Below are positions 19,882 through 30,364 of a stretch of DNA of 64,000 bases, in pieces (positions within the stretch are counted from its first letter, which is position 1; each line of letters begins with the position of its first letter). The notes under the pieces were generated by a model. That model was given only the letters and a program-made list of their open reading frames with translations, did no database searches and was not told where the DNA came from. The position numbers and the translations under genes were made by a program. Source of the stretch: a virus (lineage: Duplodnaviria > Caudoviricetes); IMG/VR virus record IMGVR_UViG_3300032038_000027, positions 51,744-115,743 of that record; one strand, 5' to 3'.

Positions 19882-20319
19882 TTAAAGCGTATAAACAACA
19901 ATTTCAATATCAGTACCACTAAAGACATCTTCGAGAATGTCTTTTACCGTTTCCCAATTCAATCGGTCAAGTCCGCAGCCAATTCGCGGAATAGCTAATT
20001 TGTCAATGTCAAAAAGGCACATTTGTTCTTTCATATCCACCAATGAATCATAAAGATCATCATAAGTTGGTTTATGGAAACAACGGGCTTTAGTGACCAA
20101 ATTAAATACATTATCTACAAGTAGCGCACGACCTACATTCGCAAATTTTGCACCTTCAGGAATCGCATAATCTCTGTGTAGCTTAAATTTCATGTTATAA
20201 GTTTCATCAAACTTAACCGCAATTCCCGCGCCAAGAGCGTAATCGCCACTGATACAATGTGCAAGGTAATATCCTTGCGGGGCTGAGAATAGATCACCCT
20301 GTTTTTCAATTAATTGCAT
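19882..20319 (-). CDS. Macrodomain ADP-ribose glycohydrolase (TARG1/OARD1/DarG-like)
   Basis: HCISGDYALGAGIA, FNLVTK, KPTY, LAIPRIGCGLD. Confidence 0.88.
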   Translation of the reverse strand: MQLIEKQGDLFSAPQGYYLAHCISGDYALGAGIAVKFDETYNMKFKLHRDYAIPEGAKFANVGRALLVDNVFNLVTKARCFHKPTYDDLYDSLVDMKEQMCLFDIDKLAIPRIGCGLDRLNWETVKDILEDVFSGTDIEIVVYTL

Positions 20320-20337
20320 ATAAATAAACCTCCATGT

Positions 20338-22245
20338 TTATAATGAGGATATTTTTTGATAGCGAGATATCCATAACTCGCTTGTATTGGGTATAGATTC
20401 CCATTTACCTAATTCATTTTTGCGCTGTTTAGGCTTTTTTGTAGTGCTGCTGATCGTAACAATATCGCCCTCTTCTAATACGCATTTTTTGAATAAAGGT
20501 TTTGAGATTTTACAGTCAATAGTCGTACCATTTTTTAAAGAGTACATTTTACAGCGCGGAGAATATTTAGTATCAATTTCTAATACTACCGCCATACCAC
20601 TGTATCTATCATCACGAATAGTTAAATATCCAAGATACTCTTTTTGCGCTTTGATATCGTCTGATAATTTTCGTGGCGAAAATTTCAGCTTATTTGCAAC
20701 AGAATTAGCAAATTCTCTAAAATTCACATCCGTAAACATTGTTTGTGTTTCTCTTTTGGCATAAGGCTTAATATCTTCAGTGCCTAAATTAAATGTAGCT
20801 AAAGCATCTTTTTTAAATTGTTTCTTGCCGACGAATTTGTTGAAAAATTCAGCTTGTTTTAGCAATAAGTTAATATCGCCAAATTCAGAAAAGTAATCCA
20901 ATTCAATCAAACACTTTAATTGTGATTTTGTTGCAGAAGTTTTATACTTTATATCAAATAGTAATTCAAAGAATGTCTTATAATTATTGTCGCGAAATTC
21001 GTAGATTTCATCAGCTACTTTAGCGTTCATGCCTTTAATACTCTGTATGCCTTTATAAATACTGTAATCAGTCCTTGATAAAGCATAATCGCCTTTTGAA
21101 TATCTGAACTTAATCGGGCGCAATTTTATTCCCCAATAATCCAATTCTTTAGTAAGTCTTAATGTACGCTTTTCGTCATCACCATAAAAGTTTAGAGCTG
21201 TTGTATAATATTCCAATGGATAATGTGATTTTAAATACGCGCCGTATAAGCTATCGTAAGCATAAGAGAGAGAATGTGAAGCGTTAAATGAATAGTGCGC
21301 CGCTTGTTCAACAACTGTCCACGTTCCATCAAAATTATCAGGATTTCCAACTTTTTTATTCCAACCTTCAAGAAGTTGTTGTTTCAGTGCTTTCAATTCC
21401 GGCTCTTTAAATTTTTTCTTTGATATTTTTTTGATAATATCATATGAACCTGTTTCTTTAACGCCTAACCAGATCAAGTATTTCATGATTAGTTCCTGAT
21501 AAATCATGCGGTTATTGCCCTCTGCGAGAAGATCATCTAATTCTTTAACACCAGTAGAGTAATCTTTGCGATCTATGAAATCTTGTAAAAGGCTTGCGCA
21601 ACCCGGACGAATGATCGCAACAAACGCAGACATCTCAGATACACTTTTAGGTTTATAACGTTTGACCAAGCCTGTTGCGAAATCGCTATCAGCCTGATTG
21701 ATAGTACACGTTAATCCATTTTTATATATGTCAAATGTTTCATCGTCAAGTAATTCGTTAAATTCGCGGATTGTTGGAATAGGAATATTCGCCATTTTGC
21801 ACACTTCGCGAATAATTGCCCAAACTGTGACGGTCAAATAATCATTTTTCAAATATTTATATTTATCACAGTTGTAACCATCAAGTAGACAACATATTTT
21901 CGGCGAATCTTTAGAATTTGTTCTAATAAGACCTAATTCTTGTCTTACAGGTTTATAGTACAATAACATCGAGCATGGTGATTCGGATATGCTTTCTATA
22001 ACTCCGATGAATCGTTTGCTTTCTTGTATGATATTCTTCCATTTCTTATCATGCTCGTAAGCTGCTAAATTTTTCGCTACATCATCGTAGTCTTTAATAT
22101 CTAATCCAATTCCTTTGCAGTAAAGGCGAAACGCTTTTGCGGCTTGTAATGGATTCCATGCTACCATCCATGCGCAATTTTCTGCGCCAAGTAAATCTTC
22201 TGTTGCTTTAATAAATGGAACTCTGTCTGTTGTATTAAGGTCTAT
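20338..22245 (-). CDS. dnaE: Family C DNA polymerase (Pol III alpha-type), exon 2
   Basis: Starts IDLNTTDR; includes KNDYL, IIRPG, IYQE and YSFNASHS. Confidence 0.9.
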   Translation of the reverse strand: MDLNTTDRVPFIKATEDLLGAENCAWMVAWNPLQAAKAFRLYCKGIGLDIKDYDDVAKNLAAYEHDKKWKNIIQESKRFIGVIESISESPCSMLLYYKPVRQELGLIRTNSKDSPKICCLLDGYNCDKYKYLKNDYLTVTVWAIIREVCKMANIPIPTIREFNELLDDETFDIYKNGLTCTINQADSDFATGLVKRYKPKSVSEMSAFVAIIRPGCASLLQDFIDRKDYSTGVKELDDLLAEGNNRMIYQELIMKYLIWLGVKETGSYDIIKKISKKKFKEPELKALKQQLLEGWNKKVGNPDNFDGTWTVVEQAAHYSFNASHSLSYAYDSLYGAYLKSHYPLEYYTTALNFYGDDEKRTLRLTKELDYWGIKLRPIKFRYSKGDYALSRTDYSIYKGIQSIKGMNAKVADEIYEFRDNNYKTFFELLFDIKYKTSATKSQLKCLIELDYFSEFGDINLLLKQAEFFNKFVGKKQFKKDALATFNLGTEDIKPYAKRETQTMFTDVNFREFANSVANKLKFSPRKLSDDIKAQKEYLGYLTIRDDRYSGMAVVLEIDTKYSPRCKMYSLKNGTTIDCKISKPLFKKCVLEEGDIVTISSTTKKPKQRKNELGKWESIPNTSELWISRYQKISSL

Positions 22246-23217
22246 CCTTTATACCCTCGGTTTCCCGATATTTATTAGGGGAGTAGACTATACCATCATC
22301 GTTGATATTATCTTGGATGCCAGTTGGTAGTCGTTGGGGGCTTTAATAATATAAATTATTACTATCCCTGCTGATTGCCCATTGTTACATACGCAACATT
22401 TTCACACTTTGGTAGTTACGTCTTTAGGGGTTTCCAGCATATTCTGGTTTTCATTACATATCACTATGTAATGCGACAAAATAACTATGTTATAAATATT
22501 TCCAATGCAATCCCGCCGCTGTCCTTGTTGGGTGCTTTAACGCAACGGTCAATGAACCATCTGATTTAATTTTATATTTTTCTTTTGCATATTTGATACA
22601 TTCAAATATTTCACCAGTTTCAATGCACATGATTCTTTTAGCATTTGGATTATTTTCATTTTTATATATAGGATTGTTTCGTTGCTTTATACTTAATTTT
22701 TCTTTTTGGTCGTCTGTCCAATAATGTTTAAAATTAGGATTATTCTCGCCAGACACTAATTTGGAAATTTTTGCTCTAAATTCAGCGGATTGATATATTC
22801 CGCTTTCTTGACGTTCTTTAAGAACTCTGGCTTTATAATCTTCATCTTCCCATTTCTTCTTATTAATTTGCGATTGCTTTTTTCTAAACTCTTCGGGTGC
22901 TTTCCAACCTACAGTACCTTCACCACCTTTCGTAAGATTATACCCATTTGGTGCTTTAGAGTTATACATTTCAATATATTTCTTTTCTAAAGCGCAAGCA
23001 CTTTCGAATGTTAAATTATCAGCTATAATTTTATGGCTGAAGTTTTCCCAACCATATTTATTAATCGCATTTCTAAAATATCCTTTATATCCTTTACCAC
23101 CTTTTCTCCATCTTTTTTCCGGTGGTATTTGACTGGTTATTCCTATATATTTTTTACCATTGAACAAATTTGTGTGCATATATACGCACCAATTAGAATT
23201 AACATTGTTATACATTT
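22246..23217 (-). ncRNA. Group I intron in DNA polymerase gene (972 nt) carrying a homing endonuclease
   Basis: Exon ends GAU and intron ends G. Core CAACGACUA and AUGGUAUAGUCUAC. Splicing restores SLPD-IDLN in frame. Confidence 0.9.
22490..23215 (-). CDS. Intron-encoded GIY-YIG homing endonuclease (NUMOD-type repeats)
   Basis: CVYMHTN...KKYIGIT, NGYNLTKGGEG, GENNPNF repeats. Confidence 0.9.
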   Translation of the reverse strand: MYNNVNSNWCVYMHTNLFNGKKYIGITSQIPPEKRWRKGGKGYKGYFRNAINKYGWENFSHKIIADNLTFESACALEKKYIEMYNSKAPNGYNLTKGGEGTVGWKAPEEFRKKQSQINKKKWEDEDYKARVLKERQESGIYQSAEFRAKISKLVSGENNPNFKHYWTDDQKEKLSIKQRNNPIYKNENNPNAKRIMCIETGEIFECIKYAKEKYKIKSDGSLTVALKHPTRTAAGLHWKYL

Positions 23218-24408
23218 ATCGGGTAAAGACCTTGCACCCAATATTCTTTCGACAGACATAAATCTATGTGGAAACAGCGTAATCGGTGAAGCAATACGAT
23301 CAATATCGGTTAAACCAAGTAATTTAGTAATATAAAAACTGGGAGCTGACCCGCGCCCCGTATTGGTTAATCTGCCATCATATTTTGCTTGTCCGTTTTT
23401 TGCAACAATATAATCAATTAAGAAATAGTTCTCCATATGAGTTTTTTCAACGATATCTAACTCATACTCAATAGCTTTGGTGTATTCTTCCCAACGCTCT
23501 TTTGGAACATTATGTTTCTCGATATCCCATTGATTATTGATAATTTCGCGCAAATCTTCTGTTGGTGTTTCAGAAACTTGCGGCAATTTTATATCATCAT
23601 TAATCAATGTAATCGATTCACATTCATCAAACACATTAGTCTTATCGAGCGCAGATTTTGCCAACGAACTTTTTACAACACCTTGCTTATCATATCTGTC
23701 GAGGATTTCATCATATCCGGGATAATCAAGACACATTTCATCTTCATTATCATATTTAAAACCTTTGGCTTCTAATAGAATATCGCGATATTTTGAATCC
23801 TCTGGATAAATATAGTGACTATCATTTGCATGAATTATCGGTATTCCAACTTGCTCATGAAGTTTCAGCATTTTTTGATTTACGGTCTTTTGTAGAGCGA
23901 AATTATGATTTTGAATTTCTAAAAAGAAATTATCTCCGAACTTTCTATATAAAGCTAAGATCAATTCACTATCGTCCCAAATTCCCGCAACACACGCTGT
24001 TGTAATAATGAAGTTTTTAGGATTTAAAGAGAATAATAATTGCCGATCAATTCTTGGTTTGCGATAAAAGCCCGTAATATGCGCCTCAGACATGATATCA
24101 TTAAGCTGCATTACACCTTCATTATTTTTCGCAATAATTATTAAGTGCTTGTTGCTATTATCTTTTTCAAATCTATCAGTAACATAATACGCTTCAGTTC
24201 CATAACACATTTTGAGATTATATTTTTTAGATTTCTCCATCCACTCAAAAATGTTGCCTGTAACGCCATGATTCACAGTAAAAACGGTATCATGCCCTAA
24301 TTCAACAGCACGTTTACAATAATCTTCGGGACTTACTGCAACGTCCATCATCCACGGATTACCATAATAATCATGCTTATGATAATTTTTATAAATATCA
24401 GTTATCAT
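23218..24408 (-). CDS. dnaE: Family C DNA polymerase, exon 1 (PHP domain)
   Basis: NYHKHD, HANDSHY, GRGSA, RSLPD; spliced product about 1032 aa. Confidence 0.9.
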
Positions 24409-25213
24409 TTTTATTCCACCATTTCTTTCTGCTTTCTTTGTTATATTCGCAGCTATTACGGAAATTACAAAGATTATTACAATAGAAATAATCCGTATTA
24501 GCGGGAAAATCTGTTTCTTTCTCTATTTTTTTAATGGTGGTTTTGAACCATTCCATAGTTTCATCATATTCTTTTTTGATGAAAGGAATCGTCGCTAATT
24601 TGCCATTTTCTTTAAAATGATGCCATGTCATTTCTTTTGGAAATTCATCGTATAATTGATGAACAGCATGGGCGTATAAGTACATTTGCTTTTTATAAGA
24701 ATAGAAGCTGTGCGCAACACTTTTTTTGACTTCTCCATTCTTTTTAAATGGATAAGCTGAACTTTTATGATCGAGTACAACAATTCTGCCGTCACGTTTG
24801 TCGCGCAAGAGTAAATCAATATATCCTATGAAATCATATTTATACAGCTTGAATTTTGCTTTTAATTCTATTCCTATAACATCGTAATATTTTAACCACG
24901 GGAAAGATAAATTACTAAAATAATCAGATAATTTGTTATATGTGTTCTCCATAATTGAATCTTTAACTTTATAGAAAACATTATTATCATAATTTGTTTC
25001 GAAATATTTTAGCGCATTATCTATGGTCAATTCTTTTTTAAATATCAATTCCATAATACTGTGAACGTAACTTCCGATTTCAGCATAGTAGTTACCTTCG
25101 GATAAATACAGATCGTTATCATGGATAATATATTGCAAATAATACTCATATGGACAATGCTCAAAACAGGTGGTGCGAGAGTAAGACCACCTGATCTGAT
25201 GTTCTTTGTCTAT
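24398..25213 (-). CDS. PD-(D/E)XK Cas4/AddB-like exonuclease
   Basis: WSYSR...CPY N-terminus (frame extends to ATA at 25213 after a GGTGGTG SD), GYIDLL, VLDHKS, QMYLY, C-terminal CxxxCxFxxxC. Confidence 0.85.
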   Translation of the reverse strand: MDKEHQIRWSYSRTTCFEHCPYEYYLQYIIHDNDLYLSEGNYYAEIGSYVHSIMELIFKKELTIDNALKYFETNYDNNVFYKVKDSIMENTYNKLSDYFSNLSFPWLKYYDVIGIELKAKFKLYKYDFIGYIDLLLRDKRDGRIVVLDHKSSAYPFKKNGEVKKSVAHSFYSYKKQMYLYAHAVHQLYDEFPKEMTWHHFKENGKLATIPFIKKEYDETMEWFKTTIKKIEKETDFPANTDYFYCNNLCNFRNSCEYNKESRKKWWNKNDN

Positions 25214-25217
25214 ACCT

Positions 25218-26225
25218 TTACACCACCTTTCTTTTATTAGAATACAAATCCTCCCAGACTTCTTTACCGCAATCTACGGGGGAATTTTTTGCTTCTTGTC
25301 CACCTAAATATCCGTAAGCATCATGAATTTCATATACATTAGTTATACGGCGCAAAATATCAATATCGTGTTTTACGTCATTTGCGTTATAACTAACATC
25401 GGAATCATAAGCGAACACTATATTCACATTCAGTTTAACTAATAATTGTATTTGTTCCGGCGTTAATGTATGCTTTTCAGCAGAGGCGCAATTTTTGTAA
25501 CCCCAACCATATGCTTTCATTACGCTCTTAACAGATTCAAAAATAATAATTTCGTTAGCTTCTTTAATGTTTTCAAGTGTGATATTTAGCCCTTGAAAAT
25601 AATCCATTACGCCAACTTTATAATAGTTTATATATTTTGATAAACCCAATTCTTTATAATTAAGATATCTGGTGCGCCCTTTTATATTGATTAAATCACC
25701 TTGGATATCATAAACAGGATATACAATTCTATTGCTGTAAATATCAATTCTTACACCAAACAAATCCATTACTTCTTGCGAAATACCTTCTTCGAGCCAT
25801 TCTGTTGCTTTTAGATCGGCATCGAATTTTTCGAGCGTACTATCGGGCAGGATAGTATGCTCAAATGTGTCATTTTCATGGTGCAACACTTTGCGATATT
25901 TTTTCAGCATCGTCATAGTAGACGATTTACAAATTTTACTCAGATCAAGACTTGCGAGTTTTGCAGCTTTTTGAACAGCATCATCAAAACTTAGTTTTTC
26001 AAATGCCATTAAATAACCGATAATGCCGCCACCCACACCACACGAGAAACAATAGAAAGAATTAACAGATGGGGTGAAACACAAAGACGGGGTGAGGTCT
26101 GTATGTAGCGGACAATTTGTAAAATAATGATCTTGCCGCTCAACGAAGTCCATTTGAGTTTGGGCATATTCAAAGAGGTTAGCGTTTTCGTTGATTTCAG
26201 CTAAAGTGTCATCATCGTATTTCAC
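25218..26225 (-). CDS. dnaG: DNA primase (CHC2 Zn finger + TOPRIM)
   Basis: CPLH...FYCFSC, IIFES, AYDSD. Confidence 0.85.
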   Translation of the reverse strand: MKYDDDTLAEINENANLFEYAQTQMDFVERQDHYFTNCPLHTDLTPSLCFTPSVNSFYCFSCGVGGGIIGYLMAFEKLSFDDAVQKAAKLASLDLSKICKSSTMTMLKKYRKVLHHENDTFEHTILPDSTLEKFDADLKATEWLEEGISQEVMDLFGVRIDIYSNRIVYPVYDIQGDLINIKGRTRYLNYKELGLSKYINYYKVGVMDYFQGLNITLENIKEANEIIIFESVKSVMKAYGWGYKNCASAEKHTLTPEQIQLLVKLNVNIVFAYDSDVSYNANDVKHDIDILRRITNVYEIHDAYGYLGGQEAKNSPVDCGKEVWEDLYSNKRKVV

Positions 26226-26244
26226 ATCTAACCCTCTTTCTTAT

Positions 26245-27600
26245 TTATGTAAAACTATTATCTCTTTGATGTTGCTGCGCCTCGATAATTGTAAATGTAT
26301 CTCCTGAGAAAACGAAATCAATATAATCTTTTTCGTCATCTTCCATCATTTGTTCTCCTAATCTATTTACATATATCTTGGCATAAGCATTACCACATTC
26401 CATTCCATCATCCGCTATCATAGCTTGGGTTTTATATCCCCATTTAATTCCTACGGATAGATAACGATTGATCTTATCTGAATCAGCGACTTCATCTTGA
26501 CGGTTAAGTTGACAAGCGGAAAGAACAGCTAAATCAAGTTCACCCGCAATCATGTTTTTCAAAAAATCACACTGAGCGCCCAGAATATTGTAATTCTCAC
26601 TTGTTTTCTTTGCGTTTGATTTCATATAATCAAATACAACGAAAGTTAAGCCCATTTTATATTTCAGCATTTTACAAATGGAGTATAATTTTTCGTTACT
26701 CATGTTTGGGGCGAAAAGATGAACAAAAGGTTGTTTTTTAATCCACGCCTTACAATCCTCAATTTTCTTTGCTTCTTGTTCGTTGTAATTGCCGGATTTT
26801 ATCTTTTTTACGCTGATTCCTGTGATATGTGCCATTAGACGCTCAACATATAATCGTGTTTTCATTTCTGTATCTACGACTAATGTTGGCACGCCGTTTC
26901 GCAACTTATGGACAACTTCATTCATTAACAAAATTGATTTGCCTTTTTTATACTTTGCTTGTACAACAACTAATTCACCTTGTTCAAATGTAAAATAATT
27001 ATTGAACATAGGATATTTTGATGGGATTCCATATAAGCCATTTTCTGATCGGCGGCTTACAATTTCATCCCAATAATCATCAATATCTTCTCCTAATAAA
27101 TGAATTTCATTATTAGTTGTTAAATATTTTTCTGTTAATTCATTGATGTCTGTGTAAGTTGCGGAATCTAAATCATCTAACGAAATATTAGAGTCGTAAC
27201 ATTTACGTTCTAAGTTTTTAAGCAGTTTAATATAATCTCTTTTGAACGAAAGCGAGATCACATTATCAACAAGCATCTTATATTCTTCAAGAGTATTTCG
27301 TGTAGTTTCCTTATAAAGTTCTAAAACCTCTTGAATGGATGGAAGATTATATTTTTCTATTTCTCTTGCAACCGCCGCATTACTTTGTAATTTATTTGAA
27401 ATATTGTAGGCATCAATATTAGTGATACCATCCCGATATAGTTCTTGAATTGCCCAATAGATACAAGCATTTTCTTTCCCTACAAAATAATTTGGTTTCA
27501 AGTAATCAGTATGTAGAATAAATTCGGGATGTTGAATCACAGTACCAATGATGCCGCTTTCAGACTGAATGTCGGAAAGCTCAGATATATTGTGATTCAT
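26245..27600 (-). CDS. dnaB: Replicative DnaB-like helicase
   Basis: KKGKS Walker A, DTEM, VFDY, QLNR. Confidence 0.85.
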   Translation of the reverse strand: MNHNISELSDIQSESGIIGTVIQHPEFILHTDYLKPNYFVGKENACIYWAIQELYRDGITNIDAYNISNKLQSNAAVAREIEKYNLPSIQEVLELYKETTRNTLEEYKMLVDNVISLSFKRDYIKLLKNLERKCYDSNISLDDLDSATYTDINELTEKYLTTNNEIHLLGEDIDDYWDEIVSRRSENGLYGIPSKYPMFNNYFTFEQGELVVVQAKYKKGKSILLMNEVVHKLRNGVPTLVVDTEMKTRLYVERLMAHITGISVKKIKSGNYNEQEAKKIEDCKAWIKKQPFVHLFAPNMSNEKLYSICKMLKYKMGLTFVVFDYMKSNAKKTSENYNILGAQCDFLKNMIAGELDLAVLSACQLNRQDEVADSDKINRYLSVGIKWGYKTQAMIADDGMECGNAYAKIYVNRLGEQMMEDDEKDYIDFVFSGDTFTIIEAQQHQRDNSFT

Positions 27601-28169
27601 TAACTACCTCCCTTTAAAATACCTCCGAAGCCCTTTTTTGCTGAATGGTTAATAGTAAATTCGGGAGCGTTTTTACTATCTTCTGCTGTAAAATCAGAAA
27701 ATGATTTTATACCGCTTTTGCGTAGCTTTTCTTTTCGATATGCGGACTTTATTTCTTCTTTATCAACGTAGTATCTAAACCCGTTAGGGTAGCGGAGTGG
27801 CATTTTGTGGTCTACAATATAATCCATAGTAAAAGTAAGATATTCTGTAGAAATACCACGCCCAATTAAATCATTCAATACACGCTTTAATTCGCTAATC
27901 ACAACAGTATTACTAATGTGCAAAAACCATTGATTCTTGATATATTCAATATCCGCTTTTGTGTTTTTATTAGCTATTTTCTTAGCATTTTCAGTTTTTT
28001 TGACGATTTTTGCTTGCTTTTCAGCTAATTGTTTGGCTTCAAAGCAATCTTTATGGAAATAAAATGTCTTTTTTATTTTTACATACGGTTCACAAGAGAT
28101 ATCAATTTCTTTGCTATTATGCAAGCAATCAGCATATCTACAGATTTTAATATCTGTTTTTTTGCTCAT
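27600..28169 (-). CDS. Hypothetical replication-region protein
   Basis: 189-aa ORF translationally coupled to the helicase. Confidence 0.55.
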   Translation of the reverse strand: MSKKTDIKICRYADCLHNSKEIDISCEPYVKIKKTFYFHKDCFEAKQLAEKQAKIVKKTENAKKIANKNTKADIEYIKNQWFLHISNTVVISELKRVLNDLIGRGISTEYLTFTMDYIVDHKMPLRYPNGFRYYVDKEEIKSAYRKEKLRKSGIKSFSDFTAEDSKNAPEFTINHSAKKGFGGILKGGS

Positions 28170-28780
28170 TATTCCTCTTCCTCTAATAAATAGGTTGATT
28201 CAAGGTCTGATTCATGGATTGCCAAAATCAATGGATATTTACGAATAGCTGCGCTAAGTGTATTCCATGACTCCTTCGGTTCAGTAAAGCCCATATGCCA
28301 ACGAATAGCATATCTCTCGACAGGCTCTAACGTAATATAACTCTCAACTATCATCACGGATTTCTCTCCGTGTCCATATGGAATCCTATCGTCTACTACA
28401 TAACCCGGTACGGATTGCCAATCAAATCGACCTTTTTCATCACGCTTTGTGCCATGTTCGTCATATATCTTCTTGTTTCTATACTCAACGTTATAGAAAT
28501 ATGTTTTGCAAATATCGTGCAGTAGCGCAGAAATGACGATATTATCGTGAGTAACATTTACACAATGCGGTTCTTTGTTGATAAATTTCTTATTCAGTTG
28601 TTCGTAAACATTTAAGGTATGTTCAAGCAATCCACCCTCATGACATGAGTGATAGCGTGTACTCGCCGGAGCGGTATAGAAGTCTGACTTTCTAATGAAA
28701 GAAAGCAGATCATCCATACCGTCACGACTAACATCACCTAATAATGTTTCGAACTTTACAACATTATCTTGATTCATCAT
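28169..28780 (-). CDS. HD-domain phosphohydrolase
   Basis: APASTRYH...GGLLEH, LLHDICK, GHGEKS, IRWHMG. Confidence 0.85.
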   Translation of the reverse strand: MMNQDNVVKFETLLGDVSRDGMDDLLSFIRKSDFYTAPASTRYHSCHEGGLLEHTLNVYEQLNKKFINKEPHCVNVTHDNIVISALLHDICKTYFYNVEYRNKKIYDEHGTKRDEKGRFDWQSVPGYVVDDRIPYGHGEKSVMIVESYITLEPVERYAIRWHMGFTEPKESWNTLSAAIRKYPLILAIHESDLESTYLLEEEE

Positions 28781-28782
28781 TA

Positions 28783-29265
28783 TTATTCAAAAGGAAGATC
28801 GTCGTCATCATCAACGGCAACATCCGGCTTCTTAGTAGACGGCTTTCTTGTCGGCTTCGCCGCTTCGCCGTTGCCATTGTAAATTTCAAGGGCATAAACG
28901 TGGAAATTGGTATAACCAACTTTCTTTTCCGCATCATAAGGTGTCTTAACACCAGTAGCGAGAAGTCTTACGGTAAGACCATTCTCAGGGATTTCAACGC
29001 CCTTGATAGCTTCATGCGCCTGTCCGCTAAGAGTAACGAACTTATTATTCATATCCGTTTCATAATGAGCCTTGCCGCTTTCATCAACTCTCTTAACAGA
29101 TGTGCTAAGTTCAACCGTAGAGAACTCGCCTCTATCAGTAACAGCCCAAATACGGGCGAAACCACCAGAGCGATTTTTTGCGATAAGTGCAGACAGCTCC
29201 TTTTCATTCATACCAAGATCGTTTGCTAAACCTTTAACGTAAATATTTGCTGAACAAAATGCCAT
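28783..29265 (-). CDS. ssb: Single-stranded DNA-binding protein (putative)
   Basis: Acidic DDDDDLPFE tail; next to the SSAP. Confidence 0.7.
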   Translation of the reverse strand: MAFCSANIYVKGLANDLGMNEKELSALIAKNRSGGFARIWAVTDRGEFSTVELSTSVKRVDESGKAHYETDMNNKFVTLSGQAHEAIKGVEIPENGLTVRLLATGVKTPYDAEKKVGYTNFHVYALEIYNGNGEAAKPTRKPSTKKPDVAVDDDDDLPFE

Positions 29266-29284
29266 AATTGTTACCTCTTTCTTA

Positions 29285-29977
29285 TTATTTTCTTACTGCA
29301 AGCAGATTTTTTTGGAGAGTTTTAAGAATCTCTTCGTCATCAATAGTCTTATAATTGCCGCGAATCAAATCATCATCAATGTTCGGATTTGCGGTCTTTT
29401 CAGCCTTCTTGCAAAGATCAGATACTTGTTTCTTTGCCTTATCCGATAATGCAGTTTTCTTTGTGACCAGATCGCCGATTTCCTTTTTCAGCTTAATTAC
29501 CTCGGCAGCAACATCAGGCAAATCTTCACCCATGAATACATATAGACCAATACCGTGTAAAGCAAGGCACTTAGCGAGGCAACGCTTGAATGACTTATTC
29601 GCCACAAATGATGTGATCTTGTCAATGGTAACAGGCTGATTCTTATGATCGAGGATAGGAAGTGTTTCAACGTGAGATACGCCGCAAATTGTAACTTCTA
29701 CCTCTACCCAACCGTACTTGCCATCATCATGCCAAAATCTGGTGTTACCATATTCATCCATAATCTGCGGAATAATTCTGAAATTAGCGTCCGGGAAACG
29801 TGACTTTACTTCAGCCCACGCCGCAGCCCACGGCAAATAAGATAACTGGTTTTTTGTCTTGACTTTGTTTGAAACATCAACATTATTAAGTGTTTCAAAC
29901 ACTTTTTTCTCAGTGTATTCTGAGTTTAATGTTTCGACATTTGTTTGAATGTTATCCATAACAATCAATCCTTTCAT
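29285..29977 (-). CDS. Sak/DUF1071 (Rad52-like) single-strand annealing protein
   Basis: LSYLPWAAAW, LPILDHKN, KRCLAKCLALHGIGLYVFMGEDLP. Confidence 0.85.
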   Translation of the reverse strand: MKGLIVMDNIQTNVETLNSEYTEKKVFETLNNVDVSNKVKTKNQLSYLPWAAAWAEVKSRFPDANFRIIPQIMDEYGNTRFWHDDGKYGWVEVEVTICGVSHVETLPILDHKNQPVTIDKITSFVANKSFKRCLAKCLALHGIGLYVFMGEDLPDVAAEVIKLKKEIGDLVTKKTALSDKAKKQVSDLCKKAEKTANPNIDDDLIRGNYKTIDDEEILKTLQKNLLAVRK

Positions 29978-30011
29978 TAAATAATAAATCTATGTAATCA
30001 CTCTAAGAGTG

Positions 30012-30353
30012 TTATTGTTTTTTGACTGCGCGGCAAATATAACCATGATTGAGGAAACTAATAAATGCACGAAATTGCATACTTTCAATCCATCCATAGT
30101 GTCTTATTGCATCACGGAAATAAAATAAAGATTCGCCGTTTTCTTTGAGATGAAAGTATTCATCAACGCTTTTAATTGGTTCGCCTTGACGATATTGGCG
30201 ACGACTTTCGAGATATTCATCATATTTCTTGCGCTTTTCACATTCGCGACAAACTTCACCAACTATGCCCCAATTTGAGCTGTCGTATCTCGTCTGACCA
30301 CTTGGCGTTTTATATGAATAGGCGCATTTACATTTATTACAAGGTTTCTGCAT
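30012..30353 (-). CDS. Hypothetical protein
   Basis: 113-aa ORF with CxxC motifs. Confidence 0.5.
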   Translation of the reverse strand: MQKPCNKCKCAYSYKTPSGQTRYDSSNWGIVGEVCRECEKRKKYDEYLESRRQYRQGEPIKSVDEYFHLKENGESLFYFRDAIRHYGWIESMQFRAFISFLNHGYICRAVKKQ

Positions 30354-30364
30354 AATACATCACT

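Noticed and set aside
13516-24408. nrdD and polymerase as pseudogenes or stop-codon recoding
   Set aside because: Both breaks are explained by group I introns with in-frame U/G junctions, and the standard code gives dense ORFs throughout.
24398-25213. Cas4-like nuclease as part of a CRISPR-Cas system
   Set aside because: No other cas genes or array; it sits in the replication operon like common phage exonucleases.
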